From the IMG/VR virus record IMGVR_UViG_3300046170_000302: 64,000 bases of DNA; one strand, written 5' to 3'. This document shows, one piece after another, positions 1-11,971 of this stretch (position 1 is the first letter of the stretch; every line of letters starts with the position of its first letter). Below the pieces are notes generated by a model. It was not told where the DNA came from. It did not search any database and saw only the letters and a program-made list of their open reading frames with translations. The DNA is from a virus (lineage: Duplodnaviria; Caudoviricetes). A program made the translations under genes and the position numbers.

Positions 1-16
1 ATTATATTTTTCCCCT

Positions 17-1933
17 ATGAATACCTTTATCAACTTATTAAATGGTTCTATCAATGAATTTGAGTTTGCTATAAACAGTACTATAGGTAAGATACCTGGT
101 ATTCCTGATCTCAAACTTCCAGACATTCCAAATATAGAAGCCCCACAGATACCTAGGATTGAACCTCCCCCAGAGAAGACTGAAAAACCAAAAGATCCTG
201 CTGCAAAAGTACCTATTCCTGCAACTGCCATGGCAGGTGGTGGCGAAGTTACTAATGTCACCAATAATAATACTACCAATAATAATATTATTGATGGTAA
301 TAGTGGGGCTACTAATAAGTATTACCAACTTATGGAAGGCGGTGGTAAAGTTAGAACTGATAGTGGAGAGAAGGTTACAGGTGCTGGTCCTGATACACAA
401 CTGGTAGCACTCCAACCTGGTGAATCAGTTATGCAGGTAGGTGCAAGAGAAAGACAGATAGAATCTACTGGTATTGATCCATTATCATTTAATGTTGGAC
501 CTAATGCCAATAAACCTAAGATGGCAAAGGTTCAGAGTGCCTCTGGTGGAGGGTTGATTCCTGCTATGTCTGGTGGTGGTTATGTTGGAGCGAGTAATGT
601 TGTTGACACTGGATATCAAGACTACAAAGGTAGGCCAGTTATGTTGGCACCACCTGCAGCATCTGCATTCAAACAGATGGTTAGTGATGGAATGCCATAC
701 AATCCTGCTGATGTCGCAAATGTTTATAGAGACAAAGCTGAGTACAATAGATTAAAAAGTCAAGGATATAGTCCAGCTTCAAATAGTTTCCACAACCATG
801 GTGAAGCTGCTGATATTCATGGTGCAATGAACACCTGGATTAGAAAAAATGGTGCTAAGTATGGGTGGAGAGCTAATGATTATAGTGGATCACATGGTGG
901 TCACTTTGAATACAAAGGTGGTGGTAAAACTCAAGTAGATCCTCAAGAGACTGTAACAGGTAAACCTAAATCATCTAGTGGTGGAGGAGGAAGTAACAAA
1001 GGAAGATGGGGTCCTATTCTTGACCTAATCGCTGAGGGGGAATCAGATACATCTGGTGGATATGATGCTATGAATCCTGGTAGAAATACAAAAGCTGAGG
1101 GCAAACCAATCACTCAGATGACTATGAAACAGGTCAGAGATATGGCTATGAGTTCTACCAAGGGAACAGGTGCAGCTGGTAGGTATCAAATTATGCCAGT
1201 ATATAATGGTGTGAATGTATTCAAACAACTAGTAGAGTCTGTTGGTCTAAACTATGAGACAGATTTATTCTCACCTGCAAATCAGGACAAGATGGGAATC
1301 TATCGTTTAGCAGTGACCAGAGGAGGAAATGATTGGTTATCTGGTAAGATGTCAGATGAAGCTTTTGGTAAAGGAATATCTTATGAGTGGGCAGCACTCA
1401 AGAGTAAGTCTGGTGGTGCCTATGATGGTGATGGTAGAAATAAATCTACCATTGGATATAATAGAGTACTCAAAGCAATGGGTGATGTAAAGAGTGGTAA
1501 GGGTGTTAGTACAGAAGATTTGAGAACTCCAAATCAGACACCTGGATCTTCTGGACTACCTCAAGTAAGTACAAGTTCTTCAACACCTGCGCCCGCACTG
1601 GACTTTTCACCCATTGCTGAGATGGCAGGAACACCTGGTGTTAATAATCAATCATCAGGACCAAGTACCTCAGACCTGACTGTTCCAAGTATGACACCTG
1701 GCAGTTCTTCACTACCGATAGTGTCACCTAAAGTAAAACCATCATCAAGATCTAACATACAACCACCCAAGTCTCGAACTGGATCAGGTGGTATTGTTCC
1801 TCTACCTATACCAGGACAAAAACAACCAACTTCTAGTTCTGGTGGAAACCAAACAGATGCACCCATGTTCTCATCAACAGATCAGAATAATCCAGAGTTG
1901 TTGGTCATCAAATCCATTTATAATATCGTATAA
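17..1933 (+). CDS. Virion-associated peptidoglycan hydrolase of the baseplate/tail region (M15/VanY-like peptidase + lysozyme-like domain); probably 5'-truncated by the window
   Basis: SFHNHGEAAD...GHFEY (SxHxxGxAxD + H) at ~785-915; LIAEGES...GAAGRYQI...FSPANQD lysozyme-like pattern at ~1005-1480; Pro/Ser-rich linkers; frame is open back to position 2. Confidence 0.72.
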   Translation: MNTFINLLNGSINEFEFAINSTIGKIPGIPDLKLPDIPNIEAPQIPRIEPPPEKTEKPKDPAAKVPIPATAMAGGGEVTNVTNNNTTNNNIIDGNSGATNKYYQLMEGGGKVRTDSGEKVTGAGPDTQLVALQPGESVMQVGARERQIESTGIDPLSFNVGPNANKPKMAKVQSASGGGLIPAMSGGGYVGASNVVDTGYQDYKGRPVMLAPPAASAFKQMVSDGMPYNPADVANVYRDKAEYNRLKSQGYSPASNSFHNHGEAADIHGAMNTWIRKNGAKYGWRANDYSGSHGGHFEYKGGGKTQVDPQETVTGKPKSSSGGGGSNKGRWGPILDLIAEGESDTSGGYDAMNPGRNTKAEGKPITQMTMKQVRDMAMSSTKGTGAAGRYQIMPVYNGVNVFKQLVESVGLNYETDLFSPANQDKMGIYRLAVTRGGNDWLSGKMSDEAFGKGISYEWAALKSKSGGAYDGDGRNKSTIGYNRVLKAMGDVKSGKGVSTEDLRTPNQTPGSSGLPQVSTSSSTPAPALDFSPIAEMAGTPGVNNQSSGPSTSDLTVPSMTPGSSSLPIVSPKVKPSSRSNIQPPKSRTGSGGIVPLPIPGQKQPTSSSGGNQTDAPMFSSTDQNNPELLVIKSIYNIV

Positions 1934-4900
1934 TGGCTGTAATATCAGGATCTATAGCAGCTCTTACAGCTGCATCTAAAGTCTTGGCCGGAACGATGAC
2001 CAAGAAGGCAGTGATGGATGGTGCCAAGAAGTTTATAAAAGGTAAGACTAAGAATGCTGTAAAGAATAGAGTTACTGGTAAGGGTAGAAAGAAAAAGAAA
2101 GGAAAGGGTGGAGAAGGTGGAACTGAAGAACCTGGTGCAATCACAAAGGTTGGTTCATCTGATATCATACCAACATCACCTATGTTTGGTGGGTTGGCTC
2201 TTCCTGATCCTGTAGAACCAAAAGTTCAAACAGTAAAACCAGTAGGTAAGGTTTCATTCACATCCATCACTAATCAGTTGGATAGTATTGTATCTCTCAC
2301 TGGATCAATTGAATCTGTTACTGGAAAAGGTATTGCGTCCAAGAAGAAGAGGGCAGCTACTGCAAGAAAGGATAGAGAGAAGGCAAAGAAGAGAGAGAAG
2401 GAGAATAAGAGAGAGGGTATTCTGGCTGGTGTTGGTGGTTTCTTATTGAACCAAGGTAAAAAAGCTGGTGAAGGGTTAGGTATCTTTAACTTCTTTACAC
2501 AGTTATTCTTAGGGTTTGTTGCACTCTCATTACTCAAGTTTGCCAGACCAATCATGTCTGGTATTGAGTTTGCAACCAAAAATCTTCACCTAACATTCTT
2601 AGGATTTAAAGGTCTGAATGAAACATTCAAACTACTTGGACCTAAGGTATCCAAGTTCTTTAAAGATGGTCTTACTAAGTTAAAGAATTTCAAACCAAAT
2701 ATCTGGGGTAAGATTGGGAATGGTATTAAGGCTACCTTTAAAGCTCTAGGTAAAGTTCTTCCTGGTTTTATTACTAGGGGAGTAGAGAAGATTGCTGATA
2801 TATCCAAGGCAATCGGTAATGCAGCAAAGGCAGCAGGTAGAGCTGCTACATTCAATACAAGAACACAACAACTAGGAAGAACATCAGGAGCATTAGATAG
2901 ACTTACTAATAGAGGTGGTGCTGGTGCTGGTCGTAACCTTGGTATTGGTGAGGGTTTTAGAAGACTTCCTGGTGGTTCTGGAAGAATAACCAACACTCTG
3001 AGTAAGAAAACCTTACAGATACGAGCACAACATGGCGATGAAGCTGCCAGAATGTTCCAAGGCCTGCTTGATAATGGTGTAGATCCTGCAAGAGCAACTA
3101 GAAATGTTAACAAGGCAATAAGTTCTGGCAAACTAACATCTATCCCTATGAAGGGATCCCTTGGTGGTGGTATTAAAGGAAGCCAACTCTTTAAAGGTGG
3201 TGCTAATAGATCTCTGAACAGAGGTTTGATTAAAACCTTTGGAAAGAATAAGATTACGAAGGGAATTGTGAATAGTGGTGGACTACTGGCAACCAAGTCA
3301 GGTATGTCTAGAATACCTATTGTTGGTCCTCTGATTGTTGCTATCACTACTTATTTTGAAGATGCTGATGGTGATGGTAAACCAGATAAGAACCTTGATA
3401 AAACTTTGTTTAAAACCGGTGGTACCTTTTTGGGTGGTTTCTTAGGAACCTTCCTTCCTATTCCTATTCTTGGAACCATTCTTGGTGAGTTGATTGGTGA
3501 GTATGTTGGTGAGTTGTTCTATATTCTACTTAAAGGTGGTGGAGTTAGTGAGGTTGGTAACAAGTTAAAAGAAGATATTGCGGCTGTTCTTCAAACAGGA
3601 CAAAAGGTTCTTGGTTGGGCTGGTGATGGTTTCAAGAGAATGTATGAGGGTATTCCTAAGTGGACAATGCCTGATTTTGGAGCCCTTAATAATATCGTAT
3701 ATGGGCCAGTCAATTTGCTCCTAAATGCGACAATGGGAAAAGGAATACAAGATGTTGAAATTCCAAATCCTTTTTGGATGTTGAACCCTCTCAATGTAAT
3801 GGATAAAGCTGCTATGGTTGGTAAGGCTTTCTTCAGTAGAGATCCAATGATTCCTGGTAATATTAAGAAGGGTCAAGGAGATCTAACCAATGCCTCTGGA
3901 CAGACTGGTGTTATGTCAGAACAGGCTAAAGAGATATCTGAAGGTAAATACTATCTTCAACCGGGAGTTGGATACTTTAGAACTGGTGGAGATGGTGGTT
4001 TCGTAGGTAATACTGAAGAGGAAGCCATCAGTAATACTTCTCCTGATAGTCCACCTGCTTCAACAGATGAATCTGTTGGTGGAATTGGTGATGCAAGGAC
4101 TGAAACAAAATCAACAAACGTCGGGGATTTAATCATCGCTGGTGCAAGAAAAATTATAGGCCTAGGAAAAGGTGTTGTTGATCAATGCGCTAACACTACT
4201 CGTGCTGCGTTAAAAGCAGCAGGGAATCCTAACGCTAAAAAAGTGACACAAAAAGGTGACTTAGATACTCCAAAGGGAACTGCGTATAATGCTCCATCCT
4301 TCGCAGCATCCTTTGGTGGAACTGACATGGGTAAGATTATTACTCAGAAATCTAAGATTAAAAAAGGAGACATGCTTCTTTGGAAAGCAGATGTAGATAA
4401 GGGAGGAATCGTCAATAAAGGTGCAATTACTCATGTTGGGATTGCTGCTGATGATGGACTAAAACATCAGTACGATCACAATACAAGTAAAGGATTTCAT
4501 TATCGTCCACATTGGGATTCTTATGGAGGAACTTCATGGTTTGCTGGTGTCAGATTGGGCGAAAGTGGTGGTATGACTCCTTCAAAAATGGGTGAGGATG
4601 ATCAATCAAGTGGCAATGATCCTATTGAACCAGGAGATCCTAGAACTAGTTTATCATCTGAATCACCTAAAGTAGACACCTCAATACCTTTAAATTCATT
4701 TAAATTCTCATCCATTGATAAGAAGGCAGGAACACCTTACGCAGGTATCTCAACTGCTGCTGATTATGAAAAAGCTCTCAAGAAGTATGAGGCCAGAAAG
4801 GATACTCCTGTAAAGGCAGAAGTTACTCCTACAGAAACTATGACTGGTCAAGATGTAAAACCAGTTGATCCTCCCTGAGACGAAGAAACCTGAAAGGTCT

Positions 4901-5273
4901 GACTACACAGGTAGATCTGGTGCATGCCAGATTATGAAGAGGATATGAAAGAGTATAACTCACAACAGAAGGAAGAACCAAAGATCACTCCAACTGATAC
5001 ACCAGAAGGCTCCAGGTCAAACACCAGAACCATCAACACCTACGATCACACCACAGAAAGGCACCAACTCAGAATATTGGTAGTGTTGAGAAACAAGCTT
5101 CATATGAAAACCCTGGCGAAGGATCACCAACTATTGTTCCATTACCACCCCCACAACAATCATCAGGAGGTGGTGGAGGTGGCAAATCCTCTACTGGATC
5201 AACAGGTTCTGGAAACCTGTTAAATAGTTATTATGAAGCACAACTCTTAGGGTCCTTGTATAAAGTAGGTTAA
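1933..5273 (+). CDS. Long tail/baseplate (tape-measure-like) protein with NlpC/P60-CHAP-like domain; frameshifted near 4870-5080
   Basis: 981-aa ORF; DQC (Cys 4186) ...THVGI (His 4432) catalytic pattern. Removing ~5 single extra bases extends it to ...LLGSLYKVG-TAA at 5271-5273, overlapping the next ATG (TAATG). Confidence 0.62.
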
Positions 5274-6560
5274 TGTCAGAAAAAGATCTATCACAAGCAG
5301 GTAATATTGAATCATTTCAGATCAACTCCAATACTGGAGGTGGATCTGTAGATCTTTCTGCTGGTGTGGTAGAATATAATTACTATGAGAGTGTTCTTTC
5401 AAATACAATATCTGCCAGTGCAACTATTGTTGAAACAGGCAATGAAGCCGATGGTCCTGGTAGAGGATCTTTGGATGGTCTACCCATCAGAGGTGGTGAG
5501 AGAGCACAGATTAAGATAAGTGATAATCAGGGTGGAACACTAGAGGTTCCTTTGTATGTGAACAGAGGCAAGAGATGCTATCCCTGGAACACAACAGGAC
5601 TTGTATGTTCTTGACTTCGCCTCTCAAGAATACTTTGCTAATACACAGACCAGAGTTACTAAAAGATATGAAGGTAAGATATCTGATCACATCAGTTCTA
5701 TTCTAGGTGATGTTCTTCCTGTGTCTGGTGAGGTTGATGTAGACGAAACATCACTGGAGTATAACTTTATTGGTAATGATAGAAAACCATTTTATGTTTG
5801 TACTTGGCTAGCATCAAAGTCTGTTCCTGCACAGGGTGTAGGTGGTGCAGCTGGTTTCTTATTCTTTCAAACCAGAGAAGGGTTTCACTTTAAATCTATT
5901 GATAATTTGTTCAGAGGATCATCAGTAAAGAAGTTTAATTACAATAACACTGGTAATAAAGTTAAAGGTAAAGATAACAACATTCTAAACTATACTATCG
6001 AAAGTGATACTGAACTACACCAGAACCTCACACTGGGAACTTATAATAACAAATCAATTTTCTTTGACTTCTTAGCTATGAATTACAGAGAGGTTTCATA
6101 TAGTATTGAGCAACAATCGAGTGATGTTGAGGTTGCTGGTAGAAAAGGTGATGACTATAGTTTTGTAGCAAAAGAATTCACAAGAACACCATCTAGATTT
6201 ATGACTCACATTCTGGACATTGGTGTGAATCCAAAAGGAACTGGAGACGCACAACTCGATAATCAGAAAGCCAATCCTGGAGAACCAAATTTCCAAGCTG
6301 AAGATACTGCGGTTCAGAGTATAATGAGATATAATCAGTTGTTCAGTGTAAAGGCACAAATAACTATCGCTGGTGATTTTAGTATTAAAGCTGGTGATCT
6401 AGTTGAATGTAGTTTTCCTGAGTTGTCCGGTGCTGATCTAACTAATACCAATGATCAAAGTGGAGGCATATATATGGTAGCACATGTGTGTCATAGGATT
6501 ACTCCACAGTCAACTTTTACCAGTCTTGGTTTGGTAAGAGACTCATATGGCGAGAGGTAA
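5273..6560 (+). CDS. Baseplate hub protein (gp27/GPD-like); one +1 frameshift at ~5568
   Basis: ORFs 5273..5614 and 5601..6560 fuse on removing one G. YESVLSNTIS N-terminus; C-terminal ITIAGDFSIKAGDLV...SGGIYMVAHVCH pattern; lies directly upstream of gp5. Confidence 0.65.
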
Positions 6561-6568
6561 AATTTTTA

Positions 6569-9307
6569 ATGATTGACGAAACTTTATTTAAAAAACATTT
6601 CGTAGGTAGAGATGGTTTCCAATGGTGGATCGGACAGATCCCACCTGAGGAATCATGGCGAGAAAATATACCTGGAACACAACAAGATAACAATCGGGAA
6701 ACAAAAGGTTTTGGTGAGAGATACCGTGTTCGTATCATGGGATATCATACTGCCAACGCAGATGATATTCCTGATGATGAACTGCCATGGGCATATGTGA
6801 TGTATCCTGTCACCGCAGGTGGTGGTGGTAGAGGTTCATCTCAGAGTGCAAACCTGACACAAGGAACATTTGTGTTCGGTTGGTTCATGGATGGTGATGA
6901 TGCACAAATTCCTATTATCATGGGTATCTTAGGATACAATGATTATAATGCGGTGATGAAGAACATTAGTCCAACTAGGTTTCTTCCTTTTGATGGATAT
7001 CCAGCACAAGATCCGGTGTTTGGTTCAAAGAGATCTACACTTCAAGTAAGAGAGAATGGTGGTGATGAAATATTATCACAAGAAAATGCTACTGGAAATC
7101 TTGTTAATGACCAGATAACAAGTAGTGTCAATGGTAATAATGTTACTAAAGTTAAGTCAGATCCAAAACCAGATCCACCAGTTTCTCTTGCTTTTCCTGA
7201 AGATTGTGAACCAATACCAGCACACAGTATTTCAGTTGAAATTAAGAATGCGTTGAATGAGGTTCAAAAGATTAACCAAATGATATATGATGCTAGAGCA
7301 GCTTTAACAGCTGGTCTTGCGGATGCTCAAGAGTATATTCAAAAGTTAACTAAGAAATTGACTGATAAGATTTCTGGGTTCATGAAGACAATCATTAATA
7401 GAATACAAAAAGAATTAATGCATCTAAGGAATTTTGCCGAAAGAGAATTATTTGCGATTTTTCCACCGGACGTGAAAGATTTTTTCAAAGAAACTGTAAC
7501 TAAAATAATGGACGTGATGGCTTGCGCTGGTATAACTAGTGCATCACTATTGCCTAGTCAGATTTCTGGATTACTTGGTAATATGTTCGGAGTACTTTCA
7601 GGAGATAGTATTGATCTTTCAATTACAGTTCCAACTAAACTTGTAAATGTTCCTTCTTGTTTTATAGAAGATTTTGTCTCTACAGTCATAGGAAATGTTG
7701 TTGGTAACATTATTAGTGCTGTTGATGGTCTATTATCTGATGTGAGTGGTGTTGTTAGTAGTATTGGAGGGCTTCTTGATGAAGCCGGTGGTGTTGTAAT
7801 GGATGTTATTGCATTGCTACAGTGTTTGAAAAGACCCAAATGTGCTACAGTTAAAGAATGGAGTATGAGTTCTGGTGCTAGCAATGGTGGTTCTTTTGAT
7901 ATTGATCGTATCATCAGTAGGGCTGAAAGTGTAACTAGTTCAGTCACTCAACTTGGAAGTTCATTTGATGATATTGATTTCTCTGGTATATTTGATGGTG
8001 CTTCATGTGATGTTGGACCAAGGAGTTGTGGTCCTCCGACAATTCAGGTTGTAGGCCCTGGAAGTGGTGCAAAAATCAATCTAATTGTGTCTGGTGGTGG
8101 TGAAATCATGGGCGCAGATATCGTCAGTTCTGGTTATGGTTTTGATAGTGATAGTTCCTCTCTCAATGTATATGATGATTGTGGATTAGGACAAGGTGGT
8201 GTTATTGAACCAATATTTGGTCCTGTTGTTTCAAACTACAATATTCTTGGTGGTGATCTTCCTGATGATATCATTGTGAGACCTGAATATGGCACTGTAC
8301 CTGTTCCTGAAGGTTTTGATAGTTCATTCTCCGCTAACTTTACTGGTGATCTCGTTGCTGGTTCAAATGTAATTAAGAATGTACAACCTAAATCTGTTCT
8401 TGAAAGTTTAGTACCAGGAATGATTATAAAATTGACTGGTAATGCAGGAAGTGTTGAACTACCTGGCACTGCTACAATTACTGCTTTTGGATCTATTATT
8501 TTAGATAGAACATTTGCGGGAACTGGTGAAGCTCTTGGTGCTTCCCTTAATGCTAGTGGTACATCGACACAAACTGGTATTATAGGTGTAACCGTCATCA
8601 ATCCTGGTTATGGTTATCTTTCATCACCAAATGGCGCGACAGGGGGCGATGGTCAAGTATGGGCAGAAACGGATGAAACTATTATAATAGGTGATGGTAG
8701 GTTTGTTCCCTCTAATGGTGGAATTATACCTGGTGAAGATGGATTTGGTACTGATTATTATCCACCAATCCCACCAGGAAATACTGTAAACATTCCACCA
8801 GGATCAACAGTAACCACACCATCTAATTCAAATCTGTCTGAAGGTTTTGATCCTGATGGAAACACAACTGAAATACTACCTGGCACTCCTACTCTTTTCC
8901 CTAATGGTGGTAGTATGACTTCACCAACAATTATGGAGGGTGTTAAATTTGTTGATAAGTATCCATCAACTTCTTCTTATCCGGTCATATTGTATCTTTG
9001 TGAGTTGATTGTTGACGAATCTGGTGTGGATTATCAACCAACAGATAAAGTTGTCATCAAACCTGATATGGGAGCCACGGCTGTACCTAAGTTTGATAGG
9101 TTTGGTAGATTACTTTCTATTAAAGTAACTGCTGGTGGTGAAGGTTTCCAAGAAATGCCTCAATGTTACATTGAATCAGATAGTGGATTTGGTTCATTCA
9201 TTGTTCCCAAGTTCTGTATAGATAGAGTGGGTGAAAATGATCTCGAAAGAGAACCAGATTTACAGGACAAAGTTATTTCTGTTATCGATTGTGTAGGTAG
9301 TGTCTAA
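6569..9307 (+). CDS. gp5: T4 gp5-like baseplate hub/spike protein (N-terminal OB fold), no recognisable lysozyme domain
   Basis: WWIGQI...RYRVRIMGYH...LPWAYVMYPVT...VFGWFMDGDDAQIPIIMGILG is the gp5 OB-fold signature; 912 aa. Confidence 0.85.
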   Translation: MIDETLFKKHFVGRDGFQWWIGQIPPEESWRENIPGTQQDNNRETKGFGERYRVRIMGYHTANADDIPDDELPWAYVMYPVTAGGGGRGSSQSANLTQGTFVFGWFMDGDDAQIPIIMGILGYNDYNAVMKNISPTRFLPFDGYPAQDPVFGSKRSTLQVRENGGDEILSQENATGNLVNDQITSSVNGNNVTKVKSDPKPDPPVSLAFPEDCEPIPAHSISVEIKNALNEVQKINQMIYDARAALTAGLADAQEYIQKLTKKLTDKISGFMKTIINRIQKELMHLRNFAERELFAIFPPDVKDFFKETVTKIMDVMACAGITSASLLPSQISGLLGNMFGVLSGDSIDLSITVPTKLVNVPSCFIEDFVSTVIGNVVGNIISAVDGLLSDVSGVVSSIGGLLDEAGGVVMDVIALLQCLKRPKCATVKEWSMSSGASNGGSFDIDRIISRAESVTSSVTQLGSSFDDIDFSGIFDGASCDVGPRSCGPPTIQVVGPGSGAKINLIVSGGGEIMGADIVSSGYGFDSDSSSLNVYDDCGLGQGGVIEPIFGPVVSNYNILGGDLPDDIIVRPEYGTVPVPEGFDSSFSANFTGDLVAGSNVIKNVQPKSVLESLVPGMIIKLTGNAGSVELPGTATITAFGSIILDRTFAGTGEALGASLNASGTSTQTGIIGVTVINPGYGYLSSPNGATGGDGQVWAETDETIIIGDGRFVPSNGGIIPGEDGFGTDYYPPIPPGNTVNIPPGSTVTTPSNSNLSEGFDPDGNTTEILPGTPTLFPNGGSMTSPTIMEGVKFVDKYPSTSSYPVILYLCELIVDESGVDYQPTDKVVIKPDMGATAVPKFDRFGRLLSIKVTAGGEGFQEMPQCYIESDSGFGSFIVPKFCIDRVGENDLEREPDLQDKVISVIDCVGSV

Positions 9308-9984
9308 TGTCGCAAAATGTAAACTATCATAAAATTAGATACGGAACCGCTGAGGGTGAGATCAAGTTTGGACATGTCCATACTGATAATGTAAGATCTG
9401 CAGTGATGTTAAGGAGTGGATACACTTACGAACATTACATGACCATGGATGGTCCTGGTGGAAAGAAGTTTAGAAAACATAGTACAAATTTTAGAGGGCC
9501 AGGATCCTTTCAAGTTAAACATGGTAAAGGTGTCCCTGATAATGAGCCAGGTATCTTTTTAGATGCAGAGAGTGGTGATGTTGTAATCAGAGCATCCAAT
9601 GGTCGTATTAGACTTGAGGCTCTTGATATTGACATTATTGCCACTGGTGGAAATGATGAAAAACTCCCAAGAGGAAACATTCAAATTAGTGCTACTGATA
9701 AAGTTATTACAACTGGTAATATTATTGATTGTAAAGCAGTGGTCGCGGCTAAGTTTTTCTCAAATAAAAGTGTTGAAGTTTGTGGAGAGGGTGTATTAAA
9801 CATGTATGGTGGTCTCACTGAGTGGTGTGATGGTTCTACTGCTGTTGTAGGTTCTAAGACAGCTGCAAGTCAAATACCTGTTGTTGGTGCTTTTTTTGAC
9901 ATAATTGGAACAGGTTGGGAACAAAAAATGAAATTTGGATATGCTACTAATGGTGCTTCGCTCTTTGGATTATTTGGTAAATGA
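9307..9984 (+). CDS. Baseplate protein, possibly a gp5 C-terminal beta-helix/spike-like partner
   Basis: 225 aa, coupled to gp5 (TAATG), beta-rich; assignment rests mainly on position. Confidence 0.4.
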   Translation: MSQNVNYHKIRYGTAEGEIKFGHVHTDNVRSAVMLRSGYTYEHYMTMDGPGGKKFRKHSTNFRGPGSFQVKHGKGVPDNEPGIFLDAESGDVVIRASNGRIRLEALDIDIIATGGNDEKLPRGNIQISATDKVITTGNIIDCKAVVAAKFFSNKSVEVCGEGVLNMYGGLTEWCDGSTAVVGSKTAASQIPVVGAFFDIIGTGWEQKMKFGYATNGASLFGLFGK

Positions 9985-10307
9985 AAATTAATCACCCCGT
10001 AGAAGAAGGAAAGAGTTTAGTCTATGGTTCACTAGATGGACCTGAGAACTCTGTATATTGCAGAGGAAGACTGAAAGGTGGTAAGAAGGTTATCAACCTA
10101 CCTATTGAGTGGGTTGAACTTGTGAGACCTGGTTCAGTCACAGTTAGTATTACACCTGTTGGTGCCTTTCAAGATATCATTGTGAAGGGTGTGAGTGACA
10201 ATCAAGTGAAACTAGAGGCTAGACCTGGTGTTCCTATTGATTGTCATTACTTTATTATTGGCGAAAGACAAGATGTTCCTAGATTGGAGGTAATACAAGA
10301 TGCCTAA
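9981..10307 (+). CDS. Small tail protein, stand-alone copy of the HP...L.GPE..V..RG...LP..W..LV domain
   Basis: 108 aa; aligns by eye with the C-terminal domain of the next gene. Confidence 0.55.
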   Translation: MKINHPVEEGKSLVYGSLDGPENSVYCRGRLKGGKKVINLPIEWVELVRPGSVTVSITPVGAFQDIIVKGVSDNQVKLEARPGVPIDCHYFIIGERQDVPRLEVIQDA

Positions 10308-11279
10308 TGTACCTGATTTTGGTGTAAAAAAACAATTAACAGTTGGTATATCAGTTCCTCAAGCTCTCAATTTAGTTGGGATAAAGGGCAATATCAGAGG
10401 TAGTGCCTTCATTGAAGGACCCCTAGATGTTGGTACTCCTGTCTTTGCTCCTGGTGAGAGTAATGTGTGTATCAGTAGATGTATCAATCCTGATGCTACT
10501 CCACTACCACTCTCATTGGTCAAAATAAGAAACGCTCCACTAGTTCCAGCACTACCAACTGATGTGATCATTGGTGATCTTGCTGGTCCTGTTGGTGTGA
10601 CTGTATTCTGTGGTCCTTCATTCTTTACAGTTCAAGCAACAGCAATAACTTTGTTGAAGTATTGTATTCCAATATTGCTGTTCTTCATGATGAAGTTTCT
10701 GCAATGTATACAGATATTTCAGCTAAAGTATTTACCGGTTTTAAGAGTGAACTTGGTCTTGATATTAACTTTTCCTTTGCAAAGAAATGCAGCACCTGTT
10801 ATAAGTCCTGAAACAGTCGAAACTTTTTCGGACTATGTTTCTCCCTATGGAACGACACTGTTGACTACTTGGGCAACAGCACTTAGTAAGAAGGGATTTG
10901 ATATTCCACACCCAACCTAAGGAAAATCATAGACTAAGACACTATTTGTCTTGAAGGTCCAGACGCTGAGGTATTCTATCGTGGTAGAATGGAGAATACT
11001 ACAACCATTAACCTACCAGATTACTGGAGAGAGTTAGTTGATCCTGACAGTATTGGTGTCCATCTTACACCCATGGGTTCTTATCAAGAATTGTTTGTTG
11101 AGAAGATTGAATGGGGAACTAAAGTGACTGTGAAGAATGCATCAGGTGGTCCTATCAAGTGTAGTTATGTGGTATTTGGTGTGAGAACTGATGGTGAAAA
11201 GAATATCCCTGAGTATGAAGGCTTAACAACTAATGACTATCCAGGTGATAATAGTGAGTATAGATTGAATGATAATTGA
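10300..11279 (+). CDS. Tail spike/fibre-like protein with C-terminal chaperone-like domain; frameshifted at ~10918 and ~10944
   Basis: Removing two extra T gives FDIPHPTKENHRLRHICLEGPDAEVFYRGR, joining 10300..10920 to 10989..11279. An internal off-frame patch at ~10655-10790 is also likely. Confidence 0.55.
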
Positions 11280-11950
11280 TGAGTAAAGTTCATGAGATAT
11301 TTCCTCTGGTTGTTTATCAGGGGAATATTGATTGTCATAGCGAGTTCAAACAATATACTGATGAACTGAAACAATATTGGTTCAATGGTTATGAGAATGA
11401 AAGTCCTGAATACTCAGGTCGCATCTTCTTACATACAGAAGAAAAGTATGAACCTTTCTTTGATGATCTGAAAAAAAATATTGATGATTACATGACTCAC
11501 TTGAATGTGGATCATGAGAAGTTGAGTTACTTTGTATCCAAATCATGGGTTGGATATCACAATAAAGAAGTGCCTGTTTTGAATGTTCATAGTCACAATG
11601 AGGCAAATATAAGTTTTGTTTACTACCTCAAGTCATGTGACAATTCAGACAAATTCTGTGTGTCACAATCTAAAAATGTAAATGAGAATACTGGTGGATT
11701 ATTTGAGACTAGTAAACAAAGAAATACAATCAAAGGATTTAACAAATACAACTGTAACAACTATACTATTACACCACATGAAGGCAGTGTTCTCATCTTT
11801 CCAAGTGATGTTCTTCACTCTACTCTGAAGGTGTCAGACCAAGAGAATGAAAGAATTGTAATTGCTGGTGATGTAAGAGTGACTTTGAAACCAGAGTATC
11901 AAAATTATCATCAAGGGTGCACTCATCCCACAAAGTGGTTAGAACTGTAA
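11276..11950 (+). CDS. Putative 2OG-Fe(II) oxygenase (TIGR02466-like)
   Basis: HSHNEANISFVYYL...GSVLIFPSDVLHST...RIVIAGD (HxH...H...R). Confidence 0.8.
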   Translation: MMSKVHEIFPLVVYQGNIDCHSEFKQYTDELKQYWFNGYENESPEYSGRIFLHTEEKYEPFFDDLKKNIDDYMTHLNVDHEKLSYFVSKSWVGYHNKEVPVLNVHSHNEANISFVYYLKSCDNSDKFCVSQSKNVNENTGGLFETSKQRNTIKGFNKYNCNNYTITPHEGSVLIFPSDVLHSTLKVSDQENERIVIAGDVRVTLKPEYQNYHQGCTHPTKWLEL

Positions 11951-11965
11951 ATAAATAACTAAAAA
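11951..11965 (+). promoter_or_regulatory. T4-type late promoter (extended TAAATAACTAAAAA form)
   Basis: ATAAATAACTAAAAA just upstream of ATG 11972. Confidence 0.75.
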
Positions 11966-11971
11966 CTCATA

